Assembly: GCA_041665005.1 (NCBI GenBank)
Contig: JBAYJR010000007.1
Span: 3,061-67,060, forward strand
DNA from: Candidatus Buchananbacteria bacterium
Lineage (GTDB): Bacteria; Patescibacteriota; Patescibacteriia; 2-01-FULL-39-33; JBAYJR01
Reading direction: 5' to 3'
DNA length: 64,000 nucleotides
In this document: piece by piece, positions 17,232 through 27,266 of the stretch
How the letters are laid out: every line of letters starts with the position of its first letter
Numbering within the stretch: position 1 is the first letter of the stretch
Notes under the pieces: model-generated
What the model saw: only the letters and a program-made list of their open reading frames with translations
Database searches by the model: none
Told to the model about the DNA's origin: nothing
Position numbers and translations under genes: made by a program

Positions 17232-17714
17232 TTACTTTGTAACAAAAATAAAAATACTCTTAATAACTAACCAAATTGTGGCTGAGCCAATCCACACGGC
17301 CGTAGCATTTATTACCGCTCCAACCAGAATAAAGAAAACACTGCGTGAACGATCAAGTTTTAACATATGACTAACTAACACTCCTGTCCAAATACCGCCA
17401 CCAAAGGTTGGCATGGCCGTAACTAACATTACACTAACCTGTCCACCATGTTCAATAATATTTTTTAAAAAAGAACCTTGTACCGTCTCACTGTTAGGCA
17501 AAATATTAAATAATATCTTAACCAGTTTAAAACGACTTTGGCCTTGTTCAAACAAGAAAAAAAACAAAGGAATTTGCAAAAAATCTAAGCCAATCACCAA
17601 ACCGATTACCAAAAATTGATTTAGTCCCAAAGCTAAGCCGGTAGGGATAGAGACTAGATTACTACCAAAAACATAAACTAACAAAAAAACAAACAAACTA
17701 GTGACAAATTGCAT
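17232..17714 (-). CDS. Small multidrug export family membrane protein (PF06695-like)
   Basis: P..G.G.WTG motif, about 4 TM. Confidence 0.75.
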   Translation of the reverse strand: MQFVTSLFVFLLVYVFGSNLVSIPTGLALGLNQFLVIGLVIGLDFLQIPLFFFLFEQGQSRFKLVKILFNILPNSETVQGSFLKNIIEHGGQVSVMLVTAMPTFGGGIWTGVLVSHMLKLDRSRSVFFILVGAVINATAVWIGSATIWLVIKSIFIFVTK

Positions 17715-17795
17715 GTTCTTATTATTATAGTTTCAGGCCAGTTGTCTTGAGTATTAAATGCCCTTAACCTTAACTAATTTTATCGTGCAAACCTG

Positions 17796-17867
17796 AGCGG
17801 GTGAGCGGAATCGAACCGCCTTCTCGACCTTGGCAAGGTCGCATAATAACCGTTATACGACACCCGC
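17796..17867 (-). tRNA. tRNA-Gly(GCC)
   Basis: CGACC-ttGCCaa-GGTCG, U discriminator, CCA not encoded. Confidence 0.94.
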
Positions 17868-17998
17868 CTATGCTATGCTCGGCGGGCTAACCCGCACCGA
17901 GACAGAAAATCATAGGCCAACGTAAAAAACTCCTACTATTATAGCAAAAACTTTAAATTTGTAAAGAGTCCTCTAAAATGTTAGAATAAAAACAAATT

Positions 17999-19033
17999 AT
18001 GATCAAAAATTCCAATCTACCTGAAAAAATAGTTGACCCCGTGGCTTTGACCGAAGAGGTTAATTTTGACATTACTCTAAGGCCAAAAAACTTAACTGAA
18101 TATGTCGGTCAAGATACCATCAAAGAAAATTTGCAAATTTTCATGGAGGCTGCTAAACGCCGGCAACAACCAATTGAACATGTTTTACTTTACGGCCCAC
18201 CCGGTTTAGGCAAAACCACTTTAGCGCACATTATTGCCAAAGAAATGAATGCAAATATCCGTATTACTTCCGGACCTGCCTTAGAACGAGCCGGTGACTT
18301 AGCGGCAATTTTAACCAACCTAGAAGCCGGGGACATTTTATTTATTGATGAAATTCATCGGCTAAATAAAGTTATTGAGGAAGTGCTTTATCCGGCGATG
18401 GAAGAATTTGCCTTAGATATTGTTATCGGCAAGGGTCCGGCCGCTAAAACTTTGCGCCTAGATTTACCGCCTTTTACCATTATTGGTGCCACTACTAAAG
18501 TTAGTTTGTTATCGGCCCCTTTACGGGACCGCTTTGGCAATATTTACCGCTTAAATTTTTATGAACCGCAAGAAATTGCCCAAATTATCAAACGCTCGGC
18601 TAAAATTTTAAAGGTAGATACAGCCGATGAGGCCATCCAAGAATTGGCTTTACGAGCCCGACGCACACCTCGTATTGCTAACCGCCTACTAAAACGCGTA
18701 CGAGACTTTGCTGAAGTAAAACACCAAGGAAAAATTGATTATGAAATTTGCCAACAAGCCCTAAAATTATTAGGGGTGGATATGGTTGGCCTAGACCAAA
18801 CTGATCGTAAATTATTAGAAACCATTATTGATAAATTTGGTGGCGGGCCGGTTGGTTTAAATAGTTTAGCGGCGGCTATTTCTGAAGAAATGGACACCAT
18901 CGAAGATGTCTACGAACCTTATTTGTTGCAATTAGGTTTTATCGAACGCACCAGCCGCGGCCGGGTAGCTACCGCTGCTGCTTATCAACATTTAAACCGC
19001 CAAGTAAAAAAAGACAAAAATATTTTAATCTAA
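17999..19033 (+). CDS. ruvB: Holliday junction helicase RuvB
   Basis: [27 protein letters not shown] motifs. Confidence 0.98.
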   Translation: MIKNSNLPEKIVDPVALTEEVNFDITLRPKNLTEYVGQDTIKENLQIFMEAAKRRQQPIEHVLLYGPPGLGKTTLAHIIAKEMNANIRITSGPALERAGDLAAILTNLEAGDILFIDEIHRLNKVIEEVLYPAMEEFALDIVIGKGPAAKTLRLDLPPFTIIGATTKVSLLSAPLRDRFGNIYRLNFYEPQEIAQIIKRSAKILKVDTADEAIQELALRARRTPRIANRLLKRVRDFAEVKHQGKIDYEICQQALKLLGVDMVGLDQTDRKLLETIIDKFGGGPVGLNSLAAAISEEMDTIEDVYEPYLLQLGFIERTSRGRVATAAAYQHLNRQVKKDKNILI

Positions 19034-19036
19034 TTT

Positions 19037-19345
19037 ATGGAAATCACGCTAATTATTTTTTACTACGTCTATTTAATTCTACTTGGTTTATTTATACTTT
19101 TTTCTTTTTTTAATTACTATCATCTAATCCGTTTTGGTTTTTGGAGTTGGGGCAATTTGGGAGTAATGATGTTTTACGCTTTTATAACCGTAGCCATCTT
19201 AATTGTTACTTGGAGTTATTTAACTAAAATTGACTGGCAAACACCTTTAACTTCTTTTAATGACTTATCCTGGAAACAATTTTCGGCCCTAGGTAACAGC
19301 CATGCCAACCAAGAAACTGTTAATACTAATATTATTTCTTACTAA
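19037..19345 (+). CDS. Hypothetical 2-TM protein
   Basis: Hydrophobic; operonic with ruvB. Confidence 0.7.
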   Translation: MEITLIIFYYVYLILLGLFILFSFFNYYHLIRFGFWSWGNLGVMMFYAFITVAILIVTWSYLTKIDWQTPLTSFNDLSWKQFSALGNSHANQETVNTNIISY

Positions 19346-19350
19346 ACGCT

Positions 19351-19896
19351 ATGCTAAAACAAATCGGCCTAAGTATTTTACAACCGCAAGAAGCCGTAGC
19401 AATTTATTTACGCCAGCATTGGTTTGTAATTTTAAAAAGCGTGGCCTTATTTTTAATTTCGGCTTTAATCCCTATTTTGCTGTTATTTTTCTTTTCCCAA
19501 AACTTAACCGTCTGGTTAACTAAAGAAATCTCCACCGCTATTTTAATTTTAAGTTTAAGTTTTTACTACCTATACATTTGGCTTTTTTTATTTTTCCGCT
19601 GGACGGATTATTATTTAGATTTATACACCGTTACCAATAAACGAATTGTCAATCGTGAACAAGCGGGTTTATTTTCCCGCATAATTTCTGAGGTATCCTT
19701 AAACCGAGTTCAAGATGTAACCGCTCAAGTAACCGGATTTTTTGCTACTTTTTTAAATTATGGAAATGTTTACATTCAGACTGCCGGCGAAAAAGAGCGC
19801 TTCATTTTTACCAATATCCCTGAACCTTACGAAGTAGCCAAAAAAATTATTCAACTCTCTAAAGAAGCCAAAGGCCTAACTAAAAGCGAACTCTAA
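19351..19896 (+). CDS. Membrane protein with bacterial PH domain
   Basis: VTNKRIV...G.F...L.RVQDV...NYG.V.IQTAG. Confidence 0.85.
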   Translation: MLKQIGLSILQPQEAVAIYLRQHWFVILKSVALFLISALIPILLLFFFSQNLTVWLTKEISTAILILSLSFYYLYIWLFLFFRWTDYYLDLYTVTNKRIVNREQAGLFSRIISEVSLNRVQDVTAQVTGFFATFLNYGNVYIQTAGEKERFIFTNIPEPYEVAKKIIQLSKEAKGLTKSEL

Positions 19897-20927
19897 TGAA
19901 GCTGTCTTGGTTTGATTATCAATTACCCACCAGACTAATTGCTCAGCAGCCAATTAATCCGCGGGACCACTCGCGACTTTTAATTTTAGACAAAAAAACT
20001 GGACAACTTTTTCATCGCCACTTTTATGACCTACCAAAAATTTTAAAACCCGGCGATGTTTTAGTTCTAAATAATTCCAAAGTTTTCCCTGCTAGGTTAA
20101 TAGGTTACAAACCCCAGACTAACGGTAAGGTGGAAATATTTTTATTAAAAAAACTAAAAAACAATCTTTGGCAATGTCTAGCTAAGGGTTCCGGCCTCAA
20201 GCCTGACGCCTTGATAAACTTTAAACAAAATAAAAAAAATATCTTACAAGCCAAATTAACCAAAAACTACCCCGATGGTACTTGGGTAGTTAGTTTTGAT
20301 AAAACTGCTAAAAATTTTTTAAACTTACTAGAACAAATTGGCCAAGCTCCTTTACCGCCTTATATTAAGAAAAAAACTTCTCTAAGCCGTTATCAAACCA
20401 CTTACGCTAAAATCACTGGCTCAGTAGCTGCGCCAACTGCGGGCTTACACTTTACTCCTGCCCTGCTTAAAAAACTAAAAACCCACGGAGTGCAACTTGA
20501 ATTTATTACCTTACATGTTGGTTTAGGCACCTTTCGACCCCTTAAAACTGCCGAGCTAAACCAACACCAACTACATTTAGAATATGCTTCGCTGGATCAA
20601 GCAACCGCTCAAAGATTAAATATTGCCAAAAAAAATGGCCAAAGAATTATTGCGGTTGGCACTACTACCGTTAGAACCCTAGAAACTTTTAGTACACCGA
20701 CTGGACACTTAAAACCACAAACCGCCTGGATTAACACTTTTATTTACCCACCTTATAACTTTAAATTTATCACCGCCCTAATTACCAACTTTCATCTACC
20801 AAAATCTACCCTATTAATTTTAGTCAGCGCTTTGGTTGGCAGAAAAAAAATCCTGCAAGCCTACCAAACTGCCATCAACCGCGGCTATCGCTTTTTTTCT
20901 TTTGGTGATGCTATGTTTATTCATTAA
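19896..20927 (+). CDS. queA: S-adenosylmethionine:tRNA ribosyltransferase-isomerase
   Basis: PLPPYI, SVAAPTAGLHF, AVGTT, TNFHLP, YRFFSFGDAM. Confidence 0.97.
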   Translation: MKLSWFDYQLPTRLIAQQPINPRDHSRLLILDKKTGQLFHRHFYDLPKILKPGDVLVLNNSKVFPARLIGYKPQTNGKVEIFLLKKLKNNLWQCLAKGSGLKPDALINFKQNKKNILQAKLTKNYPDGTWVVSFDKTAKNFLNLLEQIGQAPLPPYIKKKTSLSRYQTTYAKITGSVAAPTAGLHFTPALLKKLKTHGVQLEFITLHVGLGTFRPLKTAELNQHQLHLEYASLDQATAQRLNIAKKNGQRIIAVGTTTVRTLETFSTPTGHLKPQTAWINTFIYPPYNFKFITALITNFHLPKSTLLILVSALVGRKKILQAYQTAINRGYRFFSFGDAMFIH

Positions 20928-20932
20928 CTACC

Positions 20933-21268
20933 ATGACCGAACTTACCACTACTATTATCGTCGTATTCTTTCTCAGCCTAATTGGTGTCTTAGGCGATTA
21001 TTTCGTCAAATCAGCCAGTCAAGCCGCCAAAAATGATTGGTTAAACTTAGCAATCGGCGCCTTAATTTACGCCAGTACGGTTCTTGGTTGGGTTTACGCC
21101 ATGAAACACCTAAAACTGGCCTCCTTGGGAGTATATTATGGGTTATTTACTACCTTTATCTTAATTATTGTGGGATCTTACTTTTTTAATGAACGACTTA
21201 ACCCCTGGGAAATAGTTGGCATCGGCCTGGGCCTAACTTCGCTGATTATTTTAAGTCGTTTCACTTAA
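20933..21268 (+). CDS. Small 4-TM DMT/SMR-like transporter
   Basis: Four TM helices, F.ERL...E..G signature. Confidence 0.75.
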   Translation: MTELTTTIIVVFFLSLIGVLGDYFVKSASQAAKNDWLNLAIGALIYASTVLGWVYAMKHLKLASLGVYYGLFTTFILIIVGSYFFNERLNPWEIVGIGLGLTSLIILSRFT

Positions 21269-21347
21269 AAAACTCCCCCTGTGGGGAGTTTTTTAAGTAG
21301 CAATATTTTTACCTAATATCATTACTACGGTATGAAACCGTTAATCT

Positions 21348-21596
21348 TTAACCTAAATATGAGGCTTTTAAACTATTATTTGCCCGCTCTGGCAAAATTT
21401 GATAATAACGAAAATTAGTTGCTGGCAAAAGACTTGGCTGATTATTGCGATATAACCAATAATTTTCTAAACCATTTAAAGCTACCGCCGAAACCACTAC
21501 AATTGCCAAGGCTATAACTAAACTACCCCAAATATTAATTTCGGTTTTTTTAATCTCTGATTGAATTAGTTTGGTCTTTTTAGTCATTTTTATCAT
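21348..21596 (-). CDS. Hypothetical single-TM protein
   Basis: One hydrophobic helix; upstream TTGACA promoter. Confidence 0.55.
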   Translation of the reverse strand: MIKMTKKTKLIQSEIKKTEINIWGSLVIALAIVVVSAVALNGLENYWLYRNNQPSLLPATNFRYYQILPERANNSLKASYLG

Positions 21597-21683
21597 AAAT
21601 TTAGCCTAAAGAAAGTTTAGTCTAGCATTAAATCTTAACTTTGTCAAGATTTAATGCTAAAATTAACCTGCTTAATCGCTTTT

Positions 21684-23129
21684 ATGTCTTTAGTTAAACA
21701 AATCGCTAACAATACTTTAATTCAAGTAACTGGTCGGCTAATCAGCGTCGGCCTCGGCTTAATAGTCCTTAGTTTGATGGCTCATTCTTTGGGGCCAATT
21801 GGCTTTGGTTACTTAACCACCATAATGGCTTTTTTGCAATTTTTTTGTACTTTGGCTGATTTAGGCTTAAATTTAACTACTTTACAATTAATCTCTGAGC
21901 CCGAAGCAAACCAAAGCAAAATTATTAGCAACTTATTAACTTTTCGCTCTTTAACCGCCATTATTCTACTAAGTTTGGCTCCGGCCGTCGCTTGGTTTTT
22001 CCCCTATCCTAATCTAGTTAAATGGGGGATTACGCTAATGAGCTTTTCCTTTTTATTTGCGGTGATCCAACAAATTTTTGTTGGACTATTTCAAAAAGAA
22101 CTTCAAACTATCAAAAATGTCCTAGCGGATTTGGGTGGTAGAATAGTTTCTTTATTAATTATGCTCATAACCTGGCAATTAGGCTGGGGCCTCTGGGGAG
22201 CAATTGCCGCCTTAATTTTTAGCAATCTAGTTAATTTAATTATTTTAATACTTAGCGCCAAAAAAATTATCCACCTCGGTTGGGACTTTGATTTAACTTT
22301 GTGGAAAAAAATTATCACTTACAGCTGGCCCTTGGCCGCTACTACAATTTTTAATTTAATTTACTTTAAAGCGGATACCATAATTTTATCTTTATACCAA
22401 CCGGCCACAGCCGTTGGTTTGTATGGTGCACCTTATAAAATTTTAGAAGTCTTGATCAATTTTCCTTTTTTATTTTTAGGTTTAATTTTGCCAATTTTAA
22501 CCACCAATTGGTTAAAGCAAGATTTAATTTATTTTAAAAAGATTTTTCAAACCGCCTTTGATTTTTTAATTATTGTCACCGTGCCAATAATTTTTGGTTG
22601 TTGGGTTTTAGCCAAACCAATTATTTTACTAATTGCTGGAGAGGCCTTTTTGGCTTCCGCCGGAATTTTAAAAGTTTTAATTGTCGCCACTGGAATAATT
22701 TTTATCTCCTCCTTGTTTGGTTATGTAATTATTGCCGTTAATCAACAACGAAAAATGATAAAATTTTATTTTGCTACCGCAGTAATTTCTCTATTGGGCT
22801 ATTTTCTATTAATTCCCCGCTATTCCTATTGGGGAGCAGCCTATATGACCGTACTAGCCGAACTACTAATTGCTTTAACGGCCGGCTGGATGGTTTATCG
22901 TTTGACCAAGCTACAACCAGACTGGCAAATTTTTATAAAAGCTTTACTAGCCAGTTTAATTATGGCCGGTAGCTTGTGGCCGTTAGCTAATTTAAACATT
23001 TTACTAACCGTCGCCTTAGGCCTACTAATTTATTTGGTAGCTTTATACGCTTTGGGTGGCATTAACCCGGAACTTATAAAACAACTGAGCTGGTCAAAGC
23101 CAAAGACTAAACCCCAAATAACTAACTAA
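21684..23129 (+). CDS. Wzx-family (MOP) flippase
   Basis: About 14 TM; L...LG...FG, DLG, IY...D..IL and VG.Y motifs. Confidence 0.9.
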   Translation: MSLVKQIANNTLIQVTGRLISVGLGLIVLSLMAHSLGPIGFGYLTTIMAFLQFFCTLADLGLNLTTLQLISEPEANQSKIISNLLTFRSLTAIILLSLAPAVAWFFPYPNLVKWGITLMSFSFLFAVIQQIFVGLFQKELQTIKNVLADLGGRIVSLLIMLITWQLGWGLWGAIAALIFSNLVNLIILILSAKKIIHLGWDFDLTLWKKIITYSWPLAATTIFNLIYFKADTIILSLYQPATAVGLYGAPYKILEVLINFPFLFLGLILPILTTNWLKQDLIYFKKIFQTAFDFLIIVTVPIIFGCWVLAKPIILLIAGEAFLASAGILKVLIVATGIIFISSLFGYVIIAVNQQRKMIKFYFATAVISLLGYFLLIPRYSYWGAAYMTVLAELLIALTAGWMVYRLTKLQPDWQIFIKALLASLIMAGSLWPLANLNILLTVALGLLIYLVALYALGGINPELIKQLSWSKPKTKPQITN

Positions 23130-23172
23130 ATTGCATAGCCGATTAGTTGAATCTTTGGTATAATATCGAGGT

Positions 23173-24486
23173 ATGTCGATATTTTTTTATTTTTTACTTA
23201 GTCTATTTTTTATACTCTTTGCCTGGCTTGCCAAAAAATCTTGGCTAACCGCGGTTGGTCTGCTATGTTTATTTTTACCCAGCTTTGAAATCCGGTTTCA
23301 ATTGTGGCTTTTACCCAGCACCGTTTTAGAACTGATGCTAATAATTATTTTGGGTTGGTGGCTAATTGAAATTTGGCAACAAAAAAGATATCGTCAGGTA
23401 TTTTTAGCTAATCCATTATTCTGGCCGGCCCTATTTCTTTTGCTAAGCGCCACCTTAGCCTTATTGCCTGCCCCCGATCTGCGCTCAGCTTTGGGTTATT
23501 GGAAGGCTTATTTTTTAGAACCGATTCTGCTGTTTTTTGCCTTAGCTGATCGCCTAACTGATTATAAAAAAATTCAAAAATTTTTGGTTTGGCTAGGAGC
23601 CGGAGCTTTACTAATCGCCAGCGTGGGAATTTATCAAAAATTCACCGGCTGGCTTTTACCGGCCGGAGAATGGTTCAACCCTGAAACTCGTCGGGTCACG
23701 GCTTTTTTTACCTCGCCCAACGCCGTTACTTTAGCTACGGTGCCAACTGCTTTGTTGTATCTAGGCTGGCTAATTCAACGTTGGCAAACTAAATATTTTT
23801 GGCAAACTAAGCTAGAAAAATTTTATACTGTTTGGCAAGTTATCGTAATCATTGCTATTATTACCGTCTCAATTTTTGCTCGTTCACGTGGGGCCTGGTT
23901 TGCTGGCTTAGTCGCTGTAATCTTTATTTTATTTTTTGGCTGGTCAAAAAAATATACTAGTTACTTAACTACCTTAGGACTACTTAGTTTAACACTCTGG
24001 CCCAAAATTTATCAGGCCATTGTTAATTTATTAAGTTTTAAAGTGGTCTCTGGCACCATTCGCTTAAATATTTATGAACAGACCTTGGCCTGGTTAAAAC
24101 TAAACTGGCTGACTGGTTTAGGATTAGGTGGTTTTGAATACTATTATCTACAACTAACACAGCGAGGGGAAAAAATTGCTTATCTTTATCCTCATAATAT
24201 CTTACTAAACTTCTGGGTGGAATTAGGATTTTTAGGATTGTTAGCCAGTCTTTACTTGCTGAGTAAGTTTTTTATTCAAGGCTTTAAAACTTTAAAAATA
24301 TCTTCGGCCTACTGGTTGCTTTTAGGAGTTTTGGCCGCAATGGTAGAAATTATCGCCCATGGCTTGGTAGATGTGCCTTACTTCAAAAATGATTTAGCAA
24401 TAATCTTTTGGTTGGTGCCGGCTCTTTTAGTAATTTTAGTAAAAAATCCCAGCTTGATTTTAAACCACAAACCTGTTAAGCTGTAA
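23173..24486 (+). CDS. O-antigen ligase/O-oligosaccharyltransferase family (Wzy_C)
   Basis: R...F.SPN, SRGAW, G.G.G.F, PHN..L....E.G..G. Confidence 0.9.
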   Translation: MSIFFYFLLSLFFILFAWLAKKSWLTAVGLLCLFLPSFEIRFQLWLLPSTVLELMLIIILGWWLIEIWQQKRYRQVFLANPLFWPALFLLLSATLALLPAPDLRSALGYWKAYFLEPILLFFALADRLTDYKKIQKFLVWLGAGALLIASVGIYQKFTGWLLPAGEWFNPETRRVTAFFTSPNAVTLATVPTALLYLGWLIQRWQTKYFWQTKLEKFYTVWQVIVIIAIITVSIFARSRGAWFAGLVAVIFILFFGWSKKYTSYLTTLGLLSLTLWPKIYQAIVNLLSFKVVSGTIRLNIYEQTLAWLKLNWLTGLGLGGFEYYYLQLTQRGEKIAYLYPHNILLNFWVELGFLGLLASLYLLSKFFIQGFKTLKISSAYWLLLGVLAAMVEIIAHGLVDVPYFKNDLAIIFWLVPALLVILVKNPSLILNHKPVKL

Positions 24487-24514
24487 CGTCTAGTCAATTA
24501 ATTTTAACCAAAGC

Positions 24515-24601
24515 GGAGGGTTGGCAGAGTGGTCGAATGCACCGGTTTCGAAAACCGGAGTCTCCGCTAGGGGACCACAGGTTCAAATCCTGTACCCTCC
24601 G
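24515..24601 (+). tRNA. tRNA-Ser(CGA)
   Basis: CCGGT-ttCGAaa-ACCGG, long variable arm, G discriminator, no CCA. Confidence 0.95.
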
Positions 24602-24642
24602 CTTTGGTTAAAATAAAGCTTAATTTTTTTAAATTTATTATC

Positions 24643-24795
24643 ATGGCAGAGCTCAATAGCTACCTTACTGGTCTAACCACTACTCAGGCCCAAAAATTTT
24701 TAACTGCCCTTTGTCTAAAGGTCGGTTTACCAAAAAACCAATGGCGACAAGAGCTTAAAGTACAAACTTACCAAGTAGAAAAAATACGCGCCTAA
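24643..24795 (+). pseudogene. Short ORF resembling the C-terminus of an AMMECR1-domain protein
   Basis: FL..LC.K.GL....W......Y.V pattern; only 50 aa. Confidence 0.45.
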
Positions 24796-24856
24796 ACAGC
24801 GCTTTTTTCTTAAAAATGTGATATAATTTAGCTAACTAAGGATTAAAAACAAAAAA

Positions 24857-26227
24857 ATGACTAAAAAATTTATTACTTTTTTAAGCCTCACTTTGTTAAT
24901 TGTGTTTACCACTATGGGTTTTAGCTGTACCAGCAGTCAACCCACGGTGGCTGCACCAGTGACTTTAAAATATTGGCGAGTTTGGGATGATCAAGAAAAC
25001 TTTACTGATATTATTAACGCCTACCATTCTTTGCACCCCAATGTTACTATTGAATACAAAAAACTACGCTACGAAGAATATGAACAAGCTCTACTTGAAG
25101 CTTGGGCCGAAGATCGCGGACCAGATATTTTTTCTATTCACAACACCTGGCTAAAAAAATATCAAAATAAAATTTCTCCTTTACCGGCCCAAACCACCAT
25201 TAACTATCAGACTACCAACAAAACTTGGTTTAAAACTGACACCACAGTCACCAATAAAATTACCCCCACCTTAACCGCTCGACAACTAAAAGATAATTTT
25301 GTGGCTACTGTTTATGATGATGTGTACTTTGATAACAATATTTGGGGCTTACCATTAAGTGTGGACACCTTGGTAATGTTTTACAATCGCGATTTATTAA
25401 CAGCCGCTGGCGTAGCCACGCCACCGACTAACTGGCTAGATTTACAAAAGGCCACTTTTAAAATTACTAAAAAAAGCAAGGACGATACAATTACCGTTGC
25501 TGGAGCGGCTCTAGGTACCGGCAAAAATATTAGTCGCAGTTTTGATATTTTATCTTTATTAATTATGCAAAATGGCGGTAAAATGGTTGATGCTAATAAT
25601 AATCCCTCTTTTAATACTCTACCAGCCGAACTGCGTGGTCGAACCGAAACACCAGGCGAGGGGGCCTTAACTTTTTATACTGACTTTGCTAACCCAACCA
25701 AAGAAGTTTATAGCTGGAATACGCAAATGCCCAATTCTTTAGACGCCTTTGTCTCCGGTAAGGTTGGTTTTTTCTTTGGTTATGCCTATCAATGGCCCTT
25801 AATCAAAACTCAAGCACCAAATTTAAACTTAGGCATTAGTTCGGTGCCTCAGGTTGATAGCAATTATCCCGTTAACTATGCTAACTATTGGGTAGAGACC
25901 ACCGCTAAAAAAATTGATAATACCAAACTTAATTGGGCTTGGGATTTTATCCAATTTGCCACTAACGCCAAACAAGTAACCGGTTATTTAAATCGTGCTC
26001 AAAAACCAACTGCTTTAATTAGTCTAATCGATAAACAAAAAGAAAATGAGGATTTGCGACCATTTGCCGAACAACTATTAACTGCTAAAAGTTGGAACCG
26101 CGGACAAAACCCCAATTTGGCTGAACAATATTTTATTGAAATGATTGATAGTGTAGTAAGTAAGCAAACAACCATCAAAGCCGCCTTGGACCTAGCAGCC
26201 AGTAAAATTAAACAAACAATTCGCTAA
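24857..26227 (+). CDS. Extracellular solute-binding lipoprotein (sugar ABC type, orphan)
   Basis: Lipobox-like GFSC, GPDIF, GLPLSVD.L..FYN.DL, AWDF. Confidence 0.88.
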   Translation: MTKKFITFLSLTLLIVFTTMGFSCTSSQPTVAAPVTLKYWRVWDDQENFTDIINAYHSLHPNVTIEYKKLRYEEYEQALLEAWAEDRGPDIFSIHNTWLKKYQNKISPLPAQTTINYQTTNKTWFKTDTTVTNKITPTLTARQLKDNFVATVYDDVYFDNNIWGLPLSVDTLVMFYNRDLLTAAGVATPPTNWLDLQKATFKITKKSKDDTITVAGAALGTGKNISRSFDILSLLIMQNGGKMVDANNNPSFNTLPAELRGRTETPGEGALTFYTDFANPTKEVYSWNTQMPNSLDAFVSGKVGFFFGYAYQWPLIKTQAPNLNLGISSVPQVDSNYPVNYANYWVETTAKKIDNTKLNWAWDFIQFATNAKQVTGYLNRAQKPTALISLIDKQKENEDLRPFAEQLLTAKSWNRGQNPNLAEQYFIEMIDSVVSKQTTIKAALDLAASKIKQTIR

Positions 26228-26236
26228 CCATTTTTT

Positions 26237-26764
26237 ATGAAAAAAATATTTTTATCTTTTGGCCTATTCGCTTTTGTTTTATCAACCGTCTTTTTTTTAG
26301 CTTTACCGGTTTTCGCCGCTACTTGTACTAATACTAGCGGTACAGTGGTAGCTAACACTTTAGCTAAGCCTGGTACTGATAATGGCTGGTATTTTTTATC
26401 CGGCCTAGACACTGATTGTTTTCAATGTGGCAATTGTGATATTTGTGATTTAATTAAAATGTATATCGGCGCCAGCAACTGGATGATTAGCGCGGCTGGG
26501 GCAGTGGCTTTAGCGGCAATTATTTGGGGAGCCCTACTTTGGCTTGTTTCAGCCGGTAATAGCCAAATGATCGAAAAAGGCAAAAATGTCATCAAAAATA
26601 CGGTTTTTGCTTTAGCTATTTTACTGGGAGCCTGGATGCTAGTTAACACCATTGTTAATGTTTTAACCAATAAATCTTTAAGCAAGGAGGGTCAAGTAAA
26701 CTATGGCGACGGTTTTGTCGCTTGGTCTATTCCTTCGGCTTGCCAAAACGACCAGACCAAATAA
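26237..26764 (+). CDS. VirB2/TrbC-like pilin 1 (Cys-rich N-terminal region)
   Basis: Signal peptide; TM-WLVSAGN...EKGK-TM; C..CG.C..C. Confidence 0.75.
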   Translation: MKKIFLSFGLFAFVLSTVFFLALPVFAATCTNTSGTVVANTLAKPGTDNGWYFLSGLDTDCFQCGNCDICDLIKMYIGASNWMISAAGAVALAAIIWGALLWLVSAGNSQMIEKGKNVIKNTVFALAILLGAWMLVNTIVNVLTNKSLSKEGQVNYGDGFVAWSIPSACQNDQTK

Positions 26765-26773
26765 TTACTAGAA

Positions 26774-26802
26774 TTGACATCTTTAGGTATAAATTTTATA
26801 AT
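26774..26802 (+). promoter_or_regulatory. Consensus sigma70 promoter of the pilin array
   Basis: TTGACA-17 nt-TATAAT. Confidence 0.85.
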
Positions 26803-26862
26803 ATAGTTAATTAGTTTTATTTAAAATAAACTAAATCCTATGAATTGGAAGGGGGTGAAAAC

Positions 26863-27240
26863 ATGAAAAAAACTTTAAGTTTCTTAAGTCTAGCTTTGGT
26901 TTCAGCCTTAACTCTACCACAAATGGTTTTAGCGGTAGGCGAAGAAAACTATAACAACTATGTTTCCAGTATTAACTTGGGATCAGCTGATTTGTTTACT
27001 ACGGTAATCAACGCAGTTAACTGGATTTTGGGTTTATTAATTTTAATTGCCGTTATTATTATTTTAGTTGGCGGTTTTAAATGGATGACCGCTGGTGGTA
27101 ATGATGATAAGATTAGTGGCGCTCGCCAAACTATCGTTTCTGGTATTATCGGTTTAATTATCGTCTTGGCGGCCTATGCCATTGCTTCCTTCGTAATTAC
27201 TCAATTTTCTGGTCTAACTGGTGGAATTATTACCACATAG
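26863..27240 (+). CDS. VirB2/TrbC-like pilin 2
   Basis: SD GAAGGGGG; signal peptide; TM-WMTAGGNDDKI-TM. Confidence 0.85.
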   Translation: MKKTLSFLSLALVSALTLPQMVLAVGEENYNNYVSSINLGSADLFTTVINAVNWILGLLILIAVIIILVGGFKWMTAGGNDDKISGARQTIVSGIIGLIIVLAAYAIASFVITQFSGLTGGIITT

Positions 27241-27266
27241 CACGAATTTAATGCAATCAATTTTAT

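Noticed and set aside
17134-17370. 78-aa plus-strand ORF
   Set aside because: Antisense to tRNA-Leu and to the membrane-protein gene
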